A DNA stretch of 64,000 nt from the human T2T-CHM13v2.0 reference genome, Homo sapiens. Both the position numbers and the translations under genes were made by a program. The notes under the pieces were generated by a model that saw nothing but the letters and a program-made list of their open reading frames with translations, was not told the DNA's origin and ran no database searches. Where the stretch lies: assembly GCF_009914755.1 (NCBI RefSeq), contig NC_060945.1. One strand, 5' to 3'. Shown here one piece after another: positions 56,299-64,000 of the stretch. Positions within the stretch are counted from its first letter, which is position 1, and each line of letters opens with the position of its first letter.

Positions 56299-56877
56299 TG
56301 AGGTAGGAGACCAGCTGGACTTAATTCCAGGTTCTGATGGGATGAAATGAAAAAACCACCAAGAACCAGCAGATGGCCAAGAAAGTGATCCCTAGCTGGC
56401 CTCATTGCTCATTAGCATGAGACACTCCCACCAGTGCCATGACAGTTTGCAAATGCCATTGCAACCACCTGGAAGCTACTGTCCCTTTCCATGACAATGA
56501 CCAGGAGGTTACCACCTCTTTGCTAAAAAGTTCTGTATAACCTGACCCTCAATTTGCATTACCTCACCCCTTGATTTGCATGTAACTGAAAGTGCACATA
56601 CGTGACTATAAATACAGTTTCCTACAGCCAACAAGCACAGCTCATGGCTCTAGGCACAATGTCTATGAGTTCTGGTCTGCAAGGAACAGCTCCAGTTCAA
56701 TAAAAGATCACTATCCAGCACCACTGGTTTACCCTTGAATTCTTTCCTGAATAAAGGCAAGAGCCCTCTCAGGCTAAGCCCCAGTTTGGAGGCTTGTCTG
56801 TCGACCTACATCAATATAAGTCAAGAGCCCTCTCAGGCTAAGCCCCAGTTTGAGGGTTTATCTGTCCACTTGCATCT
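56299..56877 (+). mobile_element. LTR9/MER51-group ERV1 solo LTR with duplicated 3' terminus
   Basis: tgaggtaggaga start, 'gacactcccaccagtgccatgacagttt', TATAAATA at 56607, AATAAA at 56699, 4 bp TSD ctac (56295-56298 / 56878-56881). Confidence 0.8.
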
Positions 56878-57699
56878 CTACCATTGCAGGGCAGATCCAG
56901 AATCCAAGATGCTAATGGGTTTCCCTAAGATGGAAAAGGAGGCTCTTACCATCTGCCCATTATAGCCATGACTGAGATTTATGGTTTCCACTTGGTGGTG
57001 GTATAGTGACTCACTTATTTCAATCCCTGTTTGAGATTCAGCCTCTAGGGTATGCTACCTAAGGACAATACCAACTAGAAAGTCTTGGGTCCATGCTCTC
57101 TCTGGAAACCACTACTCTACAGTTTCTTTCAATTCTTGGAAATCTCCCTACCCTCTACTCCCACTCACTGTCAAAAGTCTCTTCACTTATCTACCCCTCC
57201 CCATTCTCTGTTCAGGATACCTATCACAATCTCTTAGGAGGACTTTGGCTTTTGCAAAAGACAGGAAGGGAAATATGGTGAAGGCAACTTCTGCTTTTGT
57301 TCCCATTATATACATCTCCCTTTAGTGAAAAAAAGTCTGTCAACGTGAAAGGGGCAAAAGGAAAAACAAACTAATTAATATGTTAGCTTTGTAGTCTGAT
57401 TTATTCTTCACCTAAAGACTCTCTATTGTCATCCCAGAGAGATAATTTACTCTCCATCTAGAGGCCATCCCAAACAAGATGGAACCATGTTTGTATCCTG
57501 AATTTGGGTTCTTTGGGATATTAGTCCTAGCATTCAAAGATTAGCTGACTCAGTTTTCCTGAATCTCTCCAATTACTACCTAGGTAAGCCTGGCTACTAG
57601 GCAAGTTTTCTGCTTCCTAAAGGGCACTATCTTCTTTTGGAGAAATTTCTTCCAATACACACTGGCTACATTCCAACCAGAGAAATAATTTAATTATTA

Positions 57700-57960
57700 A
57701 ATCAAAAAATCTTTATTGAGTGTTTACTACATGCCAGACACTGCTCTAAGCACTGAAAATAAGACAGTGATCAAGGCAAACAAAAATCTCTACCTTCATG
57801 GAGCTTACATACTAGTGATAGGGGCAGACCACAGGGGCAAAAAAATAAAATTACTAAGATAAATAACATGTCAAATAAGAATAAATTCTTAGGGGGAAAT
57901 TTAATCAGGAAAAGGATCTCCTTAAACCATCATTTGGAAAGGGCAAGGGGTGCAATGGGG
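57700..57960 (-). mobile_element. L2 3' fragment
   Basis: 'tttattgagtgtttactacatgccagacactgctctaagcactg...ccttcatggagcttaca'. Confidence 0.85.
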
Positions 57961-58625
57961 AGGAAGAAAGTGGAAGAAAGTGTGAAAAAATTTAAATTGG
58001 GTTGCCAAAAAAGGTGTCAGCCCCAGAGAGTCCAGATATGTCTTTGGTGTTTTTGCATAATTGCATAAAGTAGAGGGTGGGAGGTGGTGAGGTTTAAAAG
58101 TAGCCAGGTGTAGAGTCAACTCTAACAGGTGGTGAGCTGGTTCTCCACCTGACTCCATTTTCATCTCTTCACCAATGAGCTAAGACTCTCTCTCCAATTT
58201 CCTCTACCAAAAAATTGGAAGGCCATGCCATGCTCACTAGAGTAAGAGCTGTTGGGTACTCATGATGATTCATGCAACAGGTGTCAACCATCAGGTTGAG
58301 AATCCAGCCCCTAGCTACACCCATCCTTGGTCTTGACATTTTGAAACAAGCTGAAAAGGTACTGACTGAGCTGAGACTCCTGTGGGATCAGAGCAACTCC
58401 ACTATGTGATCCCTTTTTGGTTTCCTGAGACACCTCACCAGTATTTTATTTCTACATTACTTTTTGTGGTTTACCCTTGTGGGTGCTATCTTCTAGCAAA
58501 TGTAAGGCCTAAATTCTAATATTCTCCCTCTGAAACTAAGCAGGGCTCTCTGTAGGCCTAGTATGGGTTCTGGTCTTCACTGAGACAGCATATTCCCAGA
58601 TGCACTCCAGATCCATCAGTGGCTG

Positions 58626-58994
58626 TGTGATGGTTCACTTTACGTGTCAACTTGGGCTGGGCCATAGTGCCCAGACAGTTGGTCAAACTTATTCTGGATG
58701 TTTCCATGAGGGTATTTTTTGGCTGAGATCAATACTTAAATGGGTGGACATTGAATAACAAGTATCCTCCATAATGTGGGTGGGCCTCATCCAATCAGTT
58801 GAAGGCCTTAACAGGACAAATGCTGACCTTTCCTGAGCTAAAAAGAATTCTGCCAGCAGACAGAATTACCTTTGTCTTTGGACTTAGGCAGCGTTCTTCC
58901 CTGGGTCTGCAGCCTGCCAGCTTACCCTGAAGATTTTAGACTTACCAAGCTTTCACAATCACATGAAAAAAATTCCTTGAATAAATCCTTCCCC

Positions 58995-59026
<32 letters not shown>

Positions 59027-59076
59027 TTACACATGTACAGTTGGTTCTATCTGTCTGGAGAACCCTGACTAAGGCA
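58626..59076 (+). mobile_element. MLT2 (MLT2C/D-like) solo LTR
   Basis: tgtgatggtt...gtgtcaacttg ... ctggagaaccctgactaaggca; internal (CT)n(AT)n. Confidence 0.88.
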
Positions 59077-60395
59077 GGCATATAAAGTTTATTTGGTGGT
59101 TCTTCATTTAGACAGCTTTTGTGATTGACTATGAAAGAGTTCTCCCCAAAACCTTGCAAAGCAGTAGTGTAGACTTTTCACAGCTGTGGTATTCCCCATT
59201 TGTCACTGCAAAGAGCCATCTGTTTCTAGCTTTCTGGCTTAAAGAGAGGTGCAACCAATTCTATTTCTTTCTCCTCTTTTATCAGTTTCAATAGTATTCA
59301 ATAAATCAGTCTAGCACACAAAAACATGTGTTTTCATCTTCATCACTAGAGTATAAACCCCTCAAGGGCACGAACTAATATATACCACCACTGTAGCACC
59401 TCTGGGGCTACCTCACATGTTGTAGATGCTCCATAAGGAAAAAAGACAAGGTTGAGCAAATTGTACTGAGAAACTGGATGAGAATGGTTGGCCTAATTTT
59501 GCCCCAAGAATTAACCCAAGCATGCAGGTGTATCTGGTTTAATTTTGCATACCTTCCGTGAAAAATGACTTACCAAGCAGAACTTCACACATTGCGGTTA
59601 TGAGAATGCATTTTTTCATTGGCTCCAGTTCACATGGTTTAAATAGCATTTCATTTCGCTATGAGCTTTATTTTAATTTGAAACTTCACGAATACGAAAC
59701 CATTTGAATCAAACCAGATGCAAGCACTCAGAATATCCTGCTCGTTCCTGTCAGCCTGCTTCACTTGAGAAACAATTCAATTTCTCTTGACTTCAAGCAA
59801 ACCCTTATTGAGCAGGCCTCTTTTTCTCTAATTGGCTTTTAGACTTCTCCACCCTTTACTAGCTGGTTTGTGGAAAAAAGCAAGTAATCTTCAAAAAAAA
59901 AGTTACACCTTTTTTCCTTAAAAACAAGTTATTTTGTTTGGCAATTATAAAATAATACAGAAATATGAGTATGCATATTGCATCTATGTGTTTTGCTTGC
60001 ATATTCAACTCATATACACACATTATCCTTTTAGTTCACTGTAGTTTTATATGAACCTATAATAGTAAGCCAGTTCAGGAATGATGCCTGCCTTATTGTT
60101 AACAAAAATATGAGGATAAAGTTTTCCGCTATCACATCCACTACTGTTTGGGTACGTAAGCTTCCAGTGTAGTTGGCATATGAGAGGTGAGTAATACTTG
60201 TTCCAGATTCAACTTGGAAGCCCGACCTAGGCTAAGCATTGTGTATTTTCTTACTTTTGCAGCATAAGACTTACACATCTAAAAAACAAATAGATTTGCA
60301 ACTATCACATACTCCCCTTTACCAATGTCCATTTTCATTCAAACTCTACTTTGAAAAATCTATCTCTAAAACAAATGGCAAAGCAATGAGCATTA

Positions 60396-60456
60396 CTAGA
60401 CTAGTAACAAGCAACACTAGACTAGTAACAAGCAATGCTAGACTAGTAACAAGTAA
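60396..60456. repeat. 21 bp x3 tandem repeat
   Basis: Unit ctagactagtaacaagcaaNN. Confidence 0.92.
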
Positions 60457-60929
60457 GGCCATTTTTTTAACCCAAACACCAAAGCAAATGACCCCTATTA
60501 CAGTGAAGACTGTTGGATTCATTTTAGAAGTCCCCACATTTCAATAATATATCTTTATACACAAACAACCAAAATATGGAAATGTCTTTGTATAGTACCC
60601 ACTTAGGAGAAATTGGTTTTTTAAAAAAACAGAAATGCAACAAGGAAGAATGATGATATACATTAAAATATAGAGACATATGAGAAACCAGTATTTTTCT
60701 TTAAAATCTAGGATGGGAAATTACACAGAAAATACATGAAATGCAGTCCCTTTGTCCTTTTGGCTTTTCTGAATCATCATCATCGTGGTTTAAGGAGAAG
60801 AAGAGGAGGTAGAAGTTTGATGCCTGAAAGGTGACTTGGTAGCCCTGGAAGGCCCACTCGGTGACCCACTTAACTAATGTTGACAGTTCCAATCGGATAT
60901 TCAGAATACAGACTTACACTACAAAGAAT

Positions 60930-61140
60930 GATTACATGTACTCAATGTCTACTACATGTGGCAGGTACTTTGGAAGCCTTACTGATCATCTCAGTCATGA
61001 GTATCATCATACTCCTGCTTCTTATGAGGAAACAGAAGTTGAGCAGAAGCAAGTACGTTGCCCCCAAAATCCCAGAACTAATAAGTGACAAGTCAAGATC
61101 TGAATTTCAGAACTGGCTTACTCAAAAGTCAATGCTTTTT
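60930..61140 (-). mobile_element. MIR
   Basis: 'tgtggcaggtactttggaagc...atgaggaaacagaagttgag...cagaactaataagtgaca'. Confidence 0.7.
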
Positions 61141-61379
61141 CTACTTTTATACTCTAGAAGAAAAGTTCTTTTTTAAAAATCCTCCTTCACTGCCTCTTTC
61201 TTAATGATTCCAGATGTCTGCTTTACTTCCTGGCCTGTTATAAAGACTCTTAGTTTCTCATGTTTCAATTGTTGATCAAAATAGTTAACTCTATTCAGAA
61301 AAAAAAAAAAAAACAGAGAAGAAAAAAGAAAGTCTTACACATTCTAAAAAGAAAGGAAATGGGTCTGGTCTCTGTTACA

Positions 61380-61819
61380 GGTTATAGGTTGAATGGTGGG
61401 TCCCCAAAAAGATATGTTGAAATCCTTGAAATCTTAACCTTCAGTCCTTCAGCATGTGACCTTATTTGCAAATAGGGTCTTTACAGAGACAAGAAAGTTA
61501 TGATTAGGTCTCTTGTTTTTGGACACAGAGACAGACACACACAGAGAGAAGACTGTGAGTGTGAATTGTGAATGTGAAGACACACAGGGAGAAGACAGAC
61601 ATGTGACTGGAGTGAGGCATCTATAAGCCAGGGGCTCCAAGGATTGCCAGTGACCAGCAGAATCTAGGAAAAGGCAGGAAGGCTTTCCCTACAAGTTTCA
61701 GAGGGAGCATGCTCCTACAGACGCCTTGACTTTGGACCTCTAGCCTCTGGATCAATAAATTTGTTTTCAGTCACCCAGTTTGTACTACTTTGCAATGACA
61801 GCCCTAGGAAACTAGTACA
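61380..61819 (+). mobile_element. MLT1C-like MaLR LTR
   Basis: 'tgtgaccttatttgcaaatagggtcttt'...'ccaaggattgccag'...'cagccctaggaaactagtaca'. Confidence 0.85.
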
Positions 61820-61857
61820 GCTTTCAAAGAATGAAAATAAAGCACTGTAAAGCCTCG

Positions 61858-61995
61858 CCACTCACAGTGTGGTCCTGGCACCAGCAGCATCTGCACCCGC
61901 TGGGAACACGGTGGGGTAGAGGCCAGATCTAGTGACTCAGAGCTACTTTTCACCAGCCTCTCCAGGTGATTCGTGTACCTTCAAATAGAGAAGAG
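61858..61995. mobile_element. MER5-family fragment
   Basis: 'agtgtggtcc...accagcagcatc'...'ctccaggtgattcgtgtac'. Confidence 0.6.
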
Positions 61996-62428
61996 AGATT
62001 GCAAATGGAATGCACAGTAAACTTAACTTGTAGCTCGGATAAAAACATAAAAGTACTTCCCTTTTGAAATCCTGTTTCGGGGGCTGGAGGCTCCAGAAGG
62101 TGCATAGAAGAGGGAAAAATGTGTGCCTCTAGGCAGAAAGTGAATGTGTTCACCAGCTAAGACTAAGGATATACTGAAGAAATATGCAGGTACCTGGAAT
62201 GGCTAAGAAACAGGCATCAGAAGGAGACTCAGGATGGCTTTAGGAAAGAAAAGCTAAAAGTGGTTTCAAAACCAAAGGGAATCTAAGAGACACGTGTGTG
62301 ACAAAGGACAGTAGCAGAAGTGGTGTGGGCAGGCCCAGGAGAAGGGAGAAGTATTCCCTGCATCCTTCTCTGGTGGCTGAATAACCAGGGGCCTCCAGGG
62401 AGGGCTGGGGGCAGAGCAGAACTCTTGG

Positions 62429-62693
62429 TCATAACATGCCTGTTACAAAGCCAGTTTAGTAATTCCTATTAAGTAAATTTTGTCCTATTATATTTTTTTT
62501 CCAAAAGTATTGAGTTAGGAGTGCTTACAAAGGGGAAGTCCTAAACCATATCGAGCTTGTCCTCATAACATGCCTCTTACAAAGCCAGTTTGGTAATTCC
62601 TATTAAGTAAATTTTGTCCTAATTTTTTTTTCCAAAAGTATTGAGTTAGGAGTGCTTACAAAGGGGAAGTCCTAAACCATGACAAGCTTGTCC
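62429..62693. repeat. ~134 bp tandem duplication of non-repeat sequence
   Basis: 62429-62562 and 62563-62693 differ by ~5 substitutions and one small indel. Confidence 0.97.
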
Positions 62694-63678
62694 TCCAGGG
62701 GCCTGAGGTCAGGAGGTCAGATATCCGTATCTTTTTCTTTTCCCATGTATGGCCATCACATTCCAAAAGTCAATATAATAGAGTAACAAGAGAAAATCTG
62801 AATCTTTGCCTGGAAATAATTCAGATCTCTAGTTTTTCTCCAAATTCTTAAGTTTAAATCTCTCAAACAATAAAACAATGCAATGAGTCATATGGAACCC
62901 TTTATTAAACTCTGACAAATCAAATCATCAATCCATTTTAAATTCCACACTTTTCAACTTTGAAGTAATTAAAATATTCCCTTGAGATGAAAGATTTGAA
63001 AACATAATTCAATAGGAAACTTGTGACAGAAAAAAAGGATCTGTTTTATAGATTAGGTGATTGCTGAAAACAGTTTTCTAAAATTATTGCATATGCATTT
63101 ATTTGGAATTGTTGCGTCTTGGAATCACAAAGTGGGGTGGCCCAAAAAAATCTGTCTAAATGTGAAGATCAGCATTCTAAATAGCCCTACTTTGAGAGTA
63201 AATGAGATTGGCACATCAACACTCAATAACTATAACATGGATTGCAAAATACTGAAAGACAGAAAAGAAAAACCCTCTGGAAATGCTATCTTCCACCACC
63301 CTCTCCTACACATATACAGACAAGATGTTTTCCATTTTTTTTAAATACAGGAAACATTTGTGGGACAAATGTAGAATAGGAAGAATTGAATCAGGCTCCG
63401 AAGTCAGCTAAACTTGAAATAAATCAGAATTTAAGGTCACAGATACCTTTGCCCTGTTTCTTCCTGTCTGCTTGTCATTTCTCAAAGCCTAATACAAAAA
63501 CTACAGCCTTCCATGACCTTTACTTCTTCTGAATTGCAATTTTATTGATTGTTGGAACCAATCATTGTTTCCTTTTATTGATAGACATTTTAATTCATAT
63601 ACATATATGTTTTGGAGAAAAGAAGATAAATGTCTTCAAACATTGGGTCTGGATTTCCCATATTAAAACTAGATTGAC

Positions 63679-63979
<301 letters not shown>

Positions 63980-64000
63980 CACACTAGATTGACTTCTGTT

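Overview
AT-rich, CpG-depleted primate genomic DNA, very likely human: it carries an AluYa5 with all five Ya5 diagnostic bases. I find no supportable protein-coding exon, RNA gene or CpG island, so the window reads as intergenic or deep intronic sequence. It is dominated by transposable-element fossils: about 10 Alus, a ~3.3 kb degenerate L1PA15/16-like ORF2 and 3' region, other L1 pieces, many L2/MIR fragments, MaLR LTRs (THE1, MST, MLT1), ERVL LTRs (MLT2, LTR16 with internal sequence, LTR33, LTR40), ERV1 LTRs (MER57-like, LTR9/MER51-like) and hAT MITEs (MER5, MER20, MER33, MER58-like). The ORFs in the supplied track are chance ORFs, Alu- or microsatellite-derived, or broken L1 ORF2 pieces. 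I cannot support a novel biological system. The observations most worth checking are structural: a young, possibly polymorphic AluYa5; a ~170 bp dispersed duplication starting exactly at a MER20 terminus; an ERV1 LTR flanked by an anomalous 45 bp duplication; an octamer-bearing ERV1 LTR with a duplicated 3' end; an L1MA-type tail nested in L1PA15/16; a 134 bp tandem duplication; and several template-switch-like hairpins. Repeat subfamily names come from recalled consensus sequences and need RepeatMasker/Dfam confirmation.
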